Assembly (NCBI GenBank): GCA_001179505.1
Contig: CDMY01000091.1
Location: 62,001 to 126,000, forward strand
Reading direction: 5' to 3'
Source of the DNA: Vitrella brassicaformis CCMP3155
Lineage: Eukaryota; Protista; Chromerida
DNA length: 64,000 bases
Shown: piece by piece, positions 9,865 to 21,905 of the stretch
How positions within the stretch are numbered: position 1 is the first letter of the stretch
Layout: every line of letters starts with the position of its first letter
The notes under the pieces: model-generated
What the model was told of the DNA's origin: nothing
What the model saw: only the letters and a program-made list of their open reading frames with translations
Databases searched by the model: none
Position numbers and translations under genes: made by a program

Positions 9865-11542
9865 ATGATGCTTATCGTGCTCGTTGCCCTCGCATTCATC
9901 TCCTCGCAGGGCGCAGCTACAACGATAGCTGCGCGCAACCACAGCGAGGAGGTCAGCGAGGCAGAGAGCGACGCCGTTTGCCACCTGCTTCAACCCCATT
10001 TGCAAGGCAAGGATCCTGTCCCGACGACTCTTCTGGGTACTAAGGGACGACCAATCGATGCATTTGCAATGGCCTTCGCGCTGTATGTTGCTATCTTCAG
10101 CTTGCCATGCACCGTACCATCCCCTGCCTGAGCCTATCTATGACGTCAATCCAGCCCTGGAGAAGTACCCCCTTGATTTCCTACCTCCAAGCCTCAGGAC
10201 TGAGTTTGAAAACCAGGCGGACGGATGGTCGGTGACGTTTGCCGTCCTCACTGTGTATCACGGTGCCAACTCTGTGCTCATGTGCTGTCTCCACTGAAAA
10301 TCAGGATGATGAGTCTTGACGAGAAAGTTGCTTTCATTGACATCGCTACTGGACCAGACGATGTCATGCCCCGCAAGCTGAAGGAATACATGAAAGACAA
10401 GCCAGCGGTCCAGTATGAGCTGCCAGACCACACCACTGTCGAACGCGACGAAAGAGACGAATACGACGACAGAAACGGAAAATGGCTGTGGCGATACACT
10501 GCTAGCTATTATCCTATGCCCCATTTCTGGCAGGTTGACTTGGTATCTCACCGGCAGGTGAGAGAGGTATCTCACCGGCAGGTGAGAGAGACGTGTGTTT
10601 CCCACGGACATCGTTCCCACAATACACGCATGTCTCTCCCCAGGTGAAAGCAGCCCACAACAATCTGGGGCTTCCCGCGAACCACTTCACAAGAGTCATT
10701 CTCGTCCATTGTCCAACCGGCAGTAAGACAATGACCTACAAACGGAGGTGGTCTGATGAGTACATGCTGTCTGCTGTAGTCTTCCTGTACGCTCCCGACT
10801 TGCCTGGAGAAGTAGAGAACTACGAGTACAGACCTGATCGACCAGATCCGGAACTGCTGCGAGCGGTAATTGAGCAACAGAGAGCAATAAAGGGACAGCC
10901 ACACAGCATTGTTTGAGCCTCCTTGACAGCTCAAAGTCAGCTACGAGGATGCTGCCAAGTGGGGATCAAAACTGAGGCCTATTCGGTTATTCTGGAACAA
11001 CCTCCGATCTCTCATCGCTCCGGGTGGCAAGGTCGTCATCGATAGCCTGCCTGTGAGCAATACAGATGGAGACACGACGTATTCGCTGCTGTGAGCAATC
11101 CGGTCTGTCTGTTCTCCAGGGCTCTGTGTTTGCAGGCAAGGCGTGCGATTGCAGTGACCCCTCCACTAACCCCTACGCACGCTTCGGCAGCAACGCTCCA
11201 CACAGGAGCTGCAAGCGTCATGAGCGCCTTCACACGGACATCTGCTGGGGAAACGACGCGCTGCGTGAGCCCTTTGACCGTGCCATCGGAGTGTTTGAAT
11301 CGATGGACTTCGATCTCGTCGGCCCTCAGTTCGACCAAGGTATGTTGTACATATACACCATATCTAACAGACAAACTGCTTTGGTCCCCTTGGCATATTC
11401 AGGAGAGCTTGGCATCGTCCTTCAGCCGATCCAGAGAAAGACGGCCGTCCAGCAGGTCGAGGAGAAGTCGCCCAAGCGGGCTGAGAAGCGCGCCGCCTCA
11501 AGCGAGAGCGAAGTCTCGAAGCAGAGGAAGCTTGAGCACTAG
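9865..11542 (+). CDS. Secreted protein, paralogue 2 (tandem duplicate of 7354-8895)
   Basis: MMLIVLVALAFISSQGAA.., HFTRVILVHCP, NLRSLIAPGGKVVIDSLP, DICWGNDALREPFD, ends KRAEKRAASSESEVSKQRKLEH*. Exon-by-exon similarity to paralogue 1. Confidence 0.8.
10543..10590 (+). repeat. Perfect 24-bp tandem duplication spanning a 5' splice site
   Basis: gtatctcaccggcaggtgagagag x2 (10543-10566, 10567-10590). Confidence 0.95.
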
Positions 11543-12252
11543 CCACAATCCGATTCGTCAACAAAGCATTCCAGCAAAGCCATGTTCGAGCCAGCCCGCC
11601 AGCCTCCCTCTTCCTTTGTGTCTTCTATGCGCACAGTGGGCGAGTGAGGAAGAGGCTCAACAGATGGATGACTGAAGAGAAGACCTTGTACGACTGAGAG
11701 ACACGACACATGACCCTTCTGAATGCAACAATACTACTGACCAAACAAAGAGTACCCGTCAAAGTTAGCACACCTGCCCGTATTGCAGTGATATCCTGGA
11801 CAGCAAGGGCGACACAGGAGGACACGATGAGAGACACAGTCACAAGGTGTCTCTCTCAGTGAGGCGGACCGATATGGATGTATGGTTCTGACCGTCATTT
11901 GTTCGCTGCTGCCTAGCCGCCTTGATGGATAAGCGCATGCTGGGGCAGATACACACATCATTGAATGGCACGGCGTTGTTTCAAGCGACAAGAGCTTTTT
12001 GACATGCGATTCTGTGCTCTTCGTTTGTATGCGTACTCAGCACCCCAATCAGTGCAATGAGGGTCACATAATGCGTATTCAAACGCCCACAGCGTCGCAT
12101 CTCCCCCCCTCTCCCTCTCTCACTCTCACACACACATAATATCGACAAAGTGTCACCTCTGCACAACGAATTAGCCACGGAACCTATCAGCTCTTTTGGA
12201 CAAGTCCCTCACCCACTCACAACTGACCCCCTGATCCACCAGCCAGTGAAAC

Positions 12253-14022
12253 TCAGTCGATGTCCAATGACTCGAAATCTCCATCCTCGTCGATGTATCC
12301 CAGCTGCTCCCACTGGAACGGGCTGTCGCCAGCACCGAAATGGGTGTTGAAGCCCTTGTTGATGGCCCCCTCCTGTATGCCGTGCTGCGCCGCCTCGTCG
12401 AGCCGAGCCCTGTGGACCACCTCACAGAGCCCCAGAAGCCTGTGGCCGCCATGCTGCCCTCCATTGATAGCAAAGCACAGCGGGGGCACCGTCACGCCGC
12501 CCAGATTGGCCATCCCGCCCACAACCTCCCTACTGCTGATCGCGTACATCGCCGCGTCGACGAAGTGCGCCGCCGCTGCCGTCACGCGACGGGCGAGTGT
12601 GCTGTTGCGGAATGGTAGTGAATGACTGATGGTCGTCAGAGCAGCGTCCCAGTCGAAGCACATGGCGGCGATCTTCCAGCCGATGGCCTCTGCCTCGTGT
12701 GGGCCGTAGCCAGGGGGGGCGGGGAGGGGGGGCGGATTGGCAGGAGGGGTGCCAGTGTGAGGGGGCTCCATCAGGTGGGGCAGGAGTGTGGGGAGGGACT
12801 TCATGAGGAACGCCGCGAGGCTGCGTTGAGGCCGCAGCGCCGCATTCACCGCCGCCATCGCCGCAGTAGGCACCTCGTTGAGCACCGCCGCATACTGCGG
12901 TAGCACCAGCTGACGATGAACATGCATGCGGCCCTCCATGCGGCCGATATCCGCCCCGGCCCTCAGCAAGCTGCGGATCGTCGCCTCTTGAGTGGAAATC
13001 CGTGCCGAAAAGTACTCCTTGGTTTCTTCACGGTCCCTGACCTCTTGCGGCAGGTCGTTGTCTTGCGAGTCCTCAATCGCCGCGTTGAGCTGTCCCGCGG
13101 CCACAGCGAGTGGGGGACCATCGCCGCGGCCGCCCTCTCTGTCGATGGTCCCTGGTGGCAAGTGGCGGCTCAGGTAGTCCACGACACACGGAGAGCCTTC
13201 CAATGCCGCATCCTGCAAGGGCGTCCACCAATTCTGGGGCTCTAGCGTCAAGCTGGCCCCATGCTGCACCAGCAGGTCCAGGTATGAATCGATAAACGCC
13301 TGGGAATAGTGCCCACACTCAAGGCGGGCTGCCAAGTGGATCGGATTGAGGCCGAGGACGTCTTGTTCGGTTGCAACTGTGGCGTCGTGCTGGATGAGAA
13401 GGCGGTAGATGGACATCAGCCGCTGCTCATACTCGCGGGACACCTGATGCCCGAGATGTGCGAATGTCATGGGCGTGGGCAGAGGCATGACGTAAGGGGG
13501 CCAATATCCATCAGGATCGCGGCCTTTCACCGCAGCGTTGCGCGCCAAGAGGATCGTCACAGCCGCCTCATTGCCTGCACGGATTGCCATCTCGATGGGC
13601 CTTGTATACAGAGACCATCTTGTGACCGTCGCATCAACATCAGCACCGCCGTCGATGAGAGCCTCCATGACGGCCGTCTGCAGCTCAGCAGATGACCACA
13701 ACGGCAGGGCGACAGGGCGAACGCGGTCACGATGGTTGCTGTCTTTGCGGTCTCGCGCCCAGACGGTCGGCATCGTGTCATCGCTCAGGTTGTCAAAGGT
13801 AAGCGACAGCAGCCGATACGCCAGGCCGATGGTGCCGCTGCCTCGAGCCCGCAGCCACAGCGCAGCGTTCGGATCAGCGCCACGCTGCTGTATCAGCTGC
13901 GTCACTTGCTGCTGGTGGGTGAAGGTGCGGCGGACGACACCCTGAACGAGCTGTTTTGTCGCATCGCTGTTGTCGGGAAAGGGCTCGATGCAGATGTCCT
14001 CGAGCCTCAGAGATGGAGCCAT
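12253..14022 (-). CDS. Intronless ankyrin-repeat protein (Vitrella-type expanded family), 589 aa
   Basis: Single 589-aa ORF with ANK motifs (RGADPNA, ALIDGGADVDA, RPIEMAIRAGNEAAV, NPIHLAA, TPLQDAALEG, LLRAGADI). Confidence 0.9.
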   Translation of the reverse strand: MAPSLRLEDICIEPFPDNSDATKQLVQGVVRRTFTHQQQVTQLIQQRGADPNAALWLRARGSGTIGLAYRLLSLTFDNLSDDTMPTVWARDRKDSNHRDRVRPVALPLWSSAELQTAVMEALIDGGADVDATVTRWSLYTRPIEMAIRAGNEAAVTILLARNAAVKGRDPDGYWPPYVMPLPTPMTFAHLGHQVSREYEQRLMSIYRLLIQHDATVATEQDVLGLNPIHLAARLECGHYSQAFIDSYLDLLVQHGASLTLEPQNWWTPLQDAALEGSPCVVDYLSRHLPPGTIDREGGRGDGPPLAVAAGQLNAAIEDSQDNDLPQEVRDREETKEYFSARISTQEATIRSLLRAGADIGRMEGRMHVHRQLVLPQYAAVLNEVPTAAMAAVNAALRPQRSLAAFLMKSLPTLLPHLMEPPHTGTPPANPPPLPAPPGYGPHEAEAIGWKIAAMCFDWDAALTTISHSLPFRNSTLARRVTAAAAHFVDAAMYAISSREVVGGMANLGGVTVPPLCFAINGGQHGGHRLLGLCEVVHRARLDEAAQHGIQEGAINKGFNTHFGAGDSPFQWEQLGYIDEDGDFESLDID

Positions 14023-14187
14023 CCCTCACTCACGGCCGCCGTGGCTCTCTGGGACCACACTGTCACACCAGCAGCACAAACACAAACAGCAGAATCACAT
14101 GTCTAAAATCAAGGCAGCGTCGCGTGTGCGTCCTCCTTTATCTCAATGCGCACCTTCTGATGTGTGCGATGTGTTGTGTCTGTCTGT

Positions 14188-15417
14188 GGGACGGAGATCT
14201 GCCTGAAGAGAGGGACACGACAGCGGCAAAACTTCTGCGTGCTTCTCTCGCAGATCTCCCGGTCGAAATGATGCGCTTCGTCGTGTTTCAGGAGTTTCCG
14301 CATGTGTGAGGGCATCAGGCGCACTCAGCAGAAGCTGTCGGCACCATAGCTGCGAATAGATCTGCAGGTGATGACGACAGGCACACGATGCGACGCTCGC
14401 TGATGAGTTTGGACTGTGCTTGGCGTGCAGCAGGCATGGTGGAGAGCACAGATCTGCTGTCTGTCAAGGTGAGAGAAAGAGATGAGACCATGATGCGTAT
14501 GGATCCAATGCACGGGGCTTCCCGGGCTTTTCGCGTGTGCAGTGGATCTTCCCTCCCACTGCTGCGAAGCTCCTTCGACTCGGTATGGCCACACATGTGT
14601 GTGATGAGGGGCGGGTGGATGGATGGGAGGGCTGGCGTGGTTGTGTAGCCATCCGCACGTTGGGTGAGCTCGAGGATGCGCTCAAGACACAGCCCGACCT
14701 GCTCAATCACTCCGAAAAGGCCAGCACATGGCAGGAAGGGGAAAGACCATTCATGTCTAGGCATCTGTCTTTCTGCCTGCCTGCCTGCCTGCCTGTGTGT
14801 GTGTGTTCAGATATGGCTGAAGTATCACCCCACCACTACCACCACCACCACCACGAGCATCCAATGCGCTGTCCTTCTGCAGCACTTCCGATTGGTCAGC
14901 GGCGTTATCGAGGCCATGTTCCCCGGTGTATATGAGGTGGTGTGTGCGGGCTCCTACCGTCGGATGAAGGACACCTGCGGGGACGTGGACATTCTCGTCA
15001 CACCCAAGGCAAGGCGAGCAAACACAGCTTGGTCGCGTGATGTGATTTGTTGTTGATGTATACGTGTGTGTGTGTGTGTGTGCAGGACGATCGTGAGATC
15101 GGCAGTGAGGTGGAGAAGCTCGTCAATCGGTGCGTCAGAGAGAGAGCGATATATGACGGCATGTGTGTGTGTGTGTGTGTGTGTGGTGTGTCGACAGGCT
15201 GCAATCTGATGGGTATTTGGTGGACGTCATCGGACAGACGAAAGCCAATAGGGACGGCACGGTAGGTGCCCGCCCGCCCGCATCTTTGTGAGGCTGTGTG
15301 TGTGGCGCTGTGTGTGTGTGTGTGTGCAGCTAGTCAGCCCGCACGCCGTCTACGGCATCGGTCGTCTGCCGGGCTATCCCACACACCGACGCGTCGACAT
15401 CATTGTGAGCCCCCAAT

Positions 15418-15449
<32 letters not shown>

Positions 15450-15836
15450 TGCATCAGTCAATGGGCTCCTGTGTGTGGTGGTCAGTTCCAGGGTCGCAGC
15501 GAGAGGGTGCATGGCCTGCAGTACTTCACAGGTCGGCACACACACACACGGGGAGAGCACCGCATCCGTCTGGACTCACCGCATGACGGACGTGTGTGAA
15601 TTCCCTCTGTGCTGTGCTGTGCTGTGCTGTGCTGTGCAGGCTCGGCTGACTTCAATGACACCCTCCGCATCTACGCCAGACGACACGTGAGAAACGTCCC
15701 GCAGATGGATGCGATGCCGTCTCTGTCTGTGCCCCTCATGTGTGTCTTCATCAGGGCTACAATTTGATGGATCAGGGGCTAGCGCGTGTGCTGGAGGACG
15801 GACAGGCCAGCACCTCCCCCCCAGCCCTCACAGACA

Positions 15837-15867
<31 letters not shown>

Positions 15868-16517
15868 GGGTGACGTGACACTGTCTCCCATTACGTAATG
15901 CAGGCTGTGTGCTGCTGGGTATGGTGTGCAGGAAGTGGCCGTCGACCCGCCGTGTGTGACCGAGGAGGACATCTTCACCCGACTCGGGCTGCCCTACCGG
16001 TGAGCTGTGTGGTGGCCAACTCTCTCTCGTGTGTGCCCATACCAACCAACCAATTGGCGGCAGTTCCCCTGCTGACCGTGAAGCTGACGACACCTGGCTG
16101 GCCATCTGCCGACTCACCAAAGGTGCCAACGCCAGCCACCACACGACAGACACGCACAAGACACACCTACATGCCTGTTTGTCTGCCTGCCTGCAGGCGA
16201 TCTCGATGCCGAGTGGCAGCCGGGGGGCGTGGGTGCTGCTGGTGGTGGCGGTGGCGGTGGTGGTGGTGTGTGGGATAACGTCTTCACGCAGACGTACACG
16301 CCGGGGCGTCGGGCGCACATCCGAGCGTGGCGCAAGATGACTGTGGACGAGAAGCTGAGGCGGATTGAGGAGTACGTCGAGAACAAGGGCGACGAGGGAG
16401 CGGCCAACGACGCCTCCGGTGAGCGTAAAATGGGTTGTGGGCGGTTGTGGGTGAGGCGTGGATATGGCCGGTTGCGTATGTGTGTGTGTGTGTGCAGATG
16501 TGTCGACTGATGGGTGA
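14188..16517 (+). CDS. DNA polymerase family X (pol beta/lambda-like), divergent; 5' end unresolved
   Basis: Exons give TAAKLLRLAIRTLGELED, IWLKYH, CAGSYRRMKDTCGDVDILV, HRRVDII, LQYFTGSADFNDTLRIYARRHGYNL, TEEDIFTRLGLPYRSPADRE. All three catalytic Asp are present. Confidence 0.88.
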
Positions 16518-16935
16518 CTGACGTCTAGAGATGTAGCTACGTGCCTATCGCACAGATGCGGCTCGTGGGTGGGGGCGAGGGGGGGTCTGCCTGCTTGTGT
16601 AGATATGTAATAGACAGACATCGTCTGTTCTTTTGGGGGACGGGGCGTGTGCATACTTACATATTTTGCGGTCAAATCACTCAACCAGCAATTGTTTGCA
16701 TGGTCCAATAACACATGCAAACACGCACTGACGCCCCCACACCCATATGTTCAGTCACACCACACCTCGACAAGACACACCACACCGGGTGGGGCGCGTC
16801 AGGCATCCATCCACACACCCATACACACACACATACACACACATGTCAATCAGCCATCAACCATCGACGCACACGTCACACCGCCCCCCCCCCTCCCTCC
16901 CCTCCGCCTCAGTAGCTACCTCCGGTGCAATCCAA

Positions 16936-17077
16936 TCACCTGACTCGCACACTCACTGTGTGTCGATCTGCATCATTCTATCCTCATCCTGGTGCTGCTG
17001 CTGTCCGTCGGGTGTGCGCGAGCGGATCTGCTCGCGGCACTGCAAAGCCTCCTGCAGGGCGGCCAACACACCCTGCA

Positions 17078-17112
<35 letters not shown>

Positions 17113-19311
17113 GGGTCCTCCTTGGTGTGTGCGTGTGGCTTTCTTTGTACGTTTTTGGTTGGCTGCTCGGGGGCGAACGAGTAACGGGGCGGCATCTCTT
17201 CGTCACCACCACTCATGGCGTTGCTACCTGCATCCATTCATCCATCCATCCATCCGTCCATCCATGGAACATAGGATCTTCATTGTGTCTTGTGTTGTGT
17301 TGTGTTGTGTTGTGTGCTCACTATTCTGCGCCGGCGCCATTATGGCCACTACGGAGAAGCATGACCCATCGCTGTCCCAGCTAAGCTCTGTGTCGTGTCC
17401 ATAACATCCACCCATGGGCACCTCTTGCTCTCCTCACCCACCCACACACCTGTGTGTGGCTGCTGCTGCTGGTGGTGGTGGTGGTTGTGTGTGTGGTCTT
17501 CCTGGTCGACCTCGTGCAGCAGCTTGAGGAAATACGACGCCACCGAGGCCATCTCACCCCTGCAGCACACATCACACCACACCCACAGGCGCATATATGG
17601 GTGGGTGATCTGATCTCTTTGGGCGAAGTTCGTTCGTCCTCACTCTGTCAGTGTCAGTGGCTTGAGCGATGGCGCTGTGCACACACACGGACACACAGAG
17701 TCGCGTCCTTGCCCCTGGGAAGGAAGGTCTTTCGCGTATCGATCTGTCGTGTGTGTGTGTGTGTGTGTGTCTACCCTGGTCCTTGCCAATGCGGTCACAG
17801 GCGGAACCTTCACACACACACACACACACACAGACACAGGCCGGGAGGGTGTGTGAGTGGAGAAGCCAATATAATATGCGGCACTTGTACGTGTCGATTT
17901 GCGAGGCCTCTTTGGCTTGGTGGACGCGCCCTTCTGCCACACACACACACTCGTAGACATCACAGCACCACATAGCTATAAGTAGCGTATGGACCTTTTA
18001 CCTGCTGTGCCTTCGGTTTGGAACCGCTCTTCTGCTTCTGCTTCTTCTTGGCGATGCCGCTCTTGCGCGCCACCGAACGCTCCCCACTGCACACACCCAC
18101 GCATTGAGGCATGCAGTGTGGGTGTGGTGGTTTGTATGCGTGTGTGTGTGTGTGTGTGGCTACGTGAGCGTGGGTGGTTTGGCACAGTGTTCAGGCGGCG
18201 AGGGTGCTGGTGGCGGTGGCTCGCTGTCCGCTATCCGCTCACGCGCATCCTGCACTTCACCCTCGTAATCCAACTACACACACACACACACACATGGATG
18301 GATGGATGGATGGATGGACGAGTGTGTGTGCCTTTAGTATGGCCGCCTGTTCCCTCAGCTGCGCCGCGTTCCTCTCCAATATGCCCCTGCACACACAACA
18401 CACGTGGGAGTGGGCCATGAGTGCAGCGCGTCTGTGATACGTACCCAGGAAGTGCTATGAGTGTCCGCTGCATCCTGCTGCGGAAGTTGCTGCGAGCCGC
18501 CTCTAATGCCACACGAACTATCGACGGCGAACACAGCTGACACACACAGACAGACACGTACGTGACACACACAAAGAGAGAGAATCCCACGAGAGTGTGC
18601 GTGTAGTCACGCTTACCTCGGCCATCTCTACGAGCTTCCGAATGGGCGCGTCGCGCGTCGTCACACCCACTATAGCCGAGACCCTGCCAGCCAGCGCCAG
18701 CCAGCCAGCCGCCACACAGGAAGGAGGAACATACAAGGATGTTTTCTGTCCCAGCTCGTGTGTGTCTGTGAGTGAGCGTGGCGTGCCTTTCTCTTGCGCC
18801 TGGGTGTGCCTGGAAGTAGTCTAGCAGCGATTGCTTGAGCGACGCCCGGCCACACTCGCCCAGCGGAGGGACCACCTGCCCTCACAGGCAACACACGCGC
18901 ATCCATCCATCCATCCATCCATGTGGCGTCGCGTACCAGTTCGCCATTCTGTCTGAACACGTTGCGCACGGCATCATCATCATTATCATCATCCTGCTGC
19001 TGCTGCTCAACACACAGCACACAGCCAGCAACTCACAGCCCAACACATGGAGGGGTGCGAAGGTACTCACTGCAGCCATAATGAAGGGCGACTGTGGTGG
19101 TGGTCTTAATTAGCCTTCGCCACGGGCAGACGCTCCCTTCAGCACCTGCAGGGGACACAACCACCACACGCCGGAAAAAGACCGCTCCAACACGCCGGCT
19201 CTCTATCCATCTGCTCACTGTTGACCCTCCCTCTCTGTCCTGCCAATGCCCCACACACGCAGAATCTGAGATCTCACCGCTCACCGGTGCGTGAAGGATT
19301 TCCTCACTCAT
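16936..19311 (-). CDS. Hypothetical multi-exon protein, low-complexity/basic segments
   Basis: Chain of GT/GC-AG exons (RVSAIVGVTTRDAPIRKLVEMAE|LCSPSIVRVALEAARSNF..|GILERNAAQLREQ|LDYEGEV..|..KKKQKQKSGSKPKAQQ..). A few junctions are not resolved; no family recognised. Confidence 0.6.
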
Positions 19312-19498
19312 CCATCGGGGTTTCCGTCATCCTTGCGCAGTTCAGGGGCACACCACACTGCCCAAGACGCCACGATGCAGCGGAAAAGCCGAACGAACGC
19401 CTCCTCCTCTCTCTGGTCGACAAAAAGCTCGCATTCGTTGCCGAAGGAGAAGGGACGACACGACCGGCGTTGTGTGAGTGTTCGAGTGAGGGAGAGGG

Positions 19499-20269
19499 AT
19501 GTCTTACGCCTACAATCTGTCAAGCGGCCCGCTGGGTCAGCCCCTGATAGATGCGGGTGACCGCCTGGCTGGCAAACAGCCACCCTATCAACAGCCACAT
19601 CAGTACCAGCAGCAATATCAGTACCAACAGTATCAGCAGCAGCAGCTGCAGCAGCAGCCACCCCTCCCCCCGCCATCCGCCCCTGCCTCCCTCTCGGCAC
19701 AGTCCCAGACGCCCGTGACGTCACCTCGTGTGCCGCCGTATGGTGGCGGTGGCGGTGATGATGTGGTGTGTGTGTCGCCGGACGACAGCCGGCTGATTCA
19801 GGAGAACATCCAGGCGCTCCAACGGAAGACCGCCGAGATATCAAAACTGGTCAGTGTGTGTGTGAGGGAGAGAGAGAGATGAGCTCACACACAGAGGAGG
19901 GAGGGGTGGATGTGTGTGTGGTTTTTGTGGTTGTGTGTGTGGTTTGGTTCAGTGCTCGCGAGCTGTGGCGCGGCATGAGCGCCCGGGGTTCCAGGCCAAC
20001 CTGTAAGAAGACCAGACCTCTCTCCCACACACCGAGGGCAACAGACGAGTGTGTTGTGTGCGGTGCCTTGCGCGTGTGTGTGTGTCAGGCATTCCCTGCT
20101 GACCAGTGCCCAGCAGGTGGCCGTGGAGACGCAGACACTGCTGCGGAAATTCGCCGTCATATCGGGCGGCTCCCTCGCTGACAAAGTGAGTAGACCATTG
20201 ACACTCACCGTTTGTGTGTCCCCATTGGTTTGCGTCTGTGCCTGTGCCTGTGCCTGTCTGTGCGTGTGT

Positions 20270-20303
<34 letters not shown>

Positions 20304-21905
20304 CACCCCATCAGACTCAGCGCAAGTTGGTGTACGCCAAGTTGAATGACAACTTTCACAAGGCGCTCAAAGCCCTTGAGAACGTCGCACAGACACATGT
20401 GCTCAGAGGTGAGGGCCAGAGGGAGGGAGGGAGGGAGGGAGGGAGGGGAGTGAGATGACTGACTGACCTCACCCATCCTTCGATCCATGTGTGTGTGTGT
20501 GTCAGAGCACCTGACCCTGCAGGAGGCGGCTCACGGCGTCCCGCAGGCAGCCCCCGGGCCCTCAGGGCTGTCCCCCCCGCCATCCACATCGACCAACCCC
20601 TTCGACAGCGGCGGCAGCCAGTCCACATGGAGCGGCTCGACCATCGTCGACGGCAGTGGCCCATACCAGGTCAGTCCTCTCGGTCTTTCTGCCATGGCCA
20701 TCCATTCACCTGTGGCTGTGGCTGTGTGTGTGTGTGTGTGTGTCAGGCCGGCGTCGCTGGTGCTGCTGTTGGTGGTGGTGGTGGTGGGTCGTATCAGCCG
20801 TCGTCCTACCCCTTCCCCCCCTCGGTGTTCTACACCGCCCCTGCTGGCTCCGCCGCTGCTGCTGTCGGTGGTGTGGCCGGCGCGCCGCCATCGCTCGACC
20901 GGCGGCCGTCCTTCTCGGAGAGCGAAGAGGACGAAACCCTCGAGTGAGTGACGGGGCAGATCTGTGCACACACAACACATGGGAGGAGGCGCATGTGTGT
21001 GTGTGTGGTGTGGTGTGTGGTGTAGGAGTAGGGGCTTTTTGCGTTATGGGAGCGCCAAGAACGTCGAGGAGGAGATTGTGCGGGAGAGACAGGTGGGCGC
21101 TGTGTGGCACGGGGAGAGAGAGAGGGAGAGAGGGAGGGAGGGAGGGAGGGAAGGAGGGCGTGTTGACGCGAATGTCCGTGTGTATGTGTGTGTATGTGTA
21201 TATATGTGTGTGTGTGTGTGTCTCAGGCGGGCATCCAGCAGATCGAGAAGGACATTCAAGGTCGGTCACTTGGCCGGAAGGCACCTGTAGCACTGCACAC
21301 ACATGGGCGGCTGGGTGGATCTGATCTGACTTGGTTTGGTTCCTGCAGGTATCCACTCGCTCTACCAGCAGCTGTCGCACCATGTCAACGTTCAGGGTGA
21401 CACCATTGGTACACACACACACATACACACACCCACACACCGAACACACACACAAGTCGATGCCCACACAGGCTCTCTCTCTCTGTGTGTGTGCGCGTGT
21501 GTGCGTGCGGTGGTGTGCAGACAACATCGAGGCTCAGATGCGCGCAGTGGCCGACCGCACGGCCGATGCAGTGGAGCAGGTCGACAACGCAAGACGGCTG
21601 CAGAGAAGAAACACACGAAAACGGTCAGAATTCTCCCCCCCAGCCATTACCCTACCCGCCACACACACGGATGTATGTGTGGGGATCAAAACACCACTCT
21701 CTCTCTCTCTCTCTCTCTCTGCGTGTGTGTGTGCAGGTTTGTGTTGTTTCTGGTGGTCCTTTTGCTGCTGGTGGTGCTCTTCATCATGCTGGACTGGCAG
21801 CTGCACCTCACCGCGCCGTTCACACCACACCGCCATTACGCAATCTCGCCGGCATCAGGAGCGTTGTCCACCAGGGGGGAGCCAGAGGAGCCGGCACCGA
21901 CCTGA
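19499..21905 (+). CDS. Syntaxin (Qa-SNARE, STX7/STX12/Pep12-like)
   Basis: Habc-like helices (IQENIQALQRKTAEISKL, QRKLVYAKLNDNFHKAL), SNARE motif (EEIVRERQAGIQQIEKDIQGIHSLYQQLSHHVNVQGDTIDNIEAQM), C-terminal TM (FVLFLVVLLLLVVLFIML). Confidence 0.92.

Noticed and set aside
20706-21527. Long antisense or alternative-frame ORFs rich in HT/VC/RE dipeptides (also 5365-6015, 27027-27641, 61128-62135)
   Set aside because: These are translations of CA/GT/GA microsatellites and the antisense of real exons.
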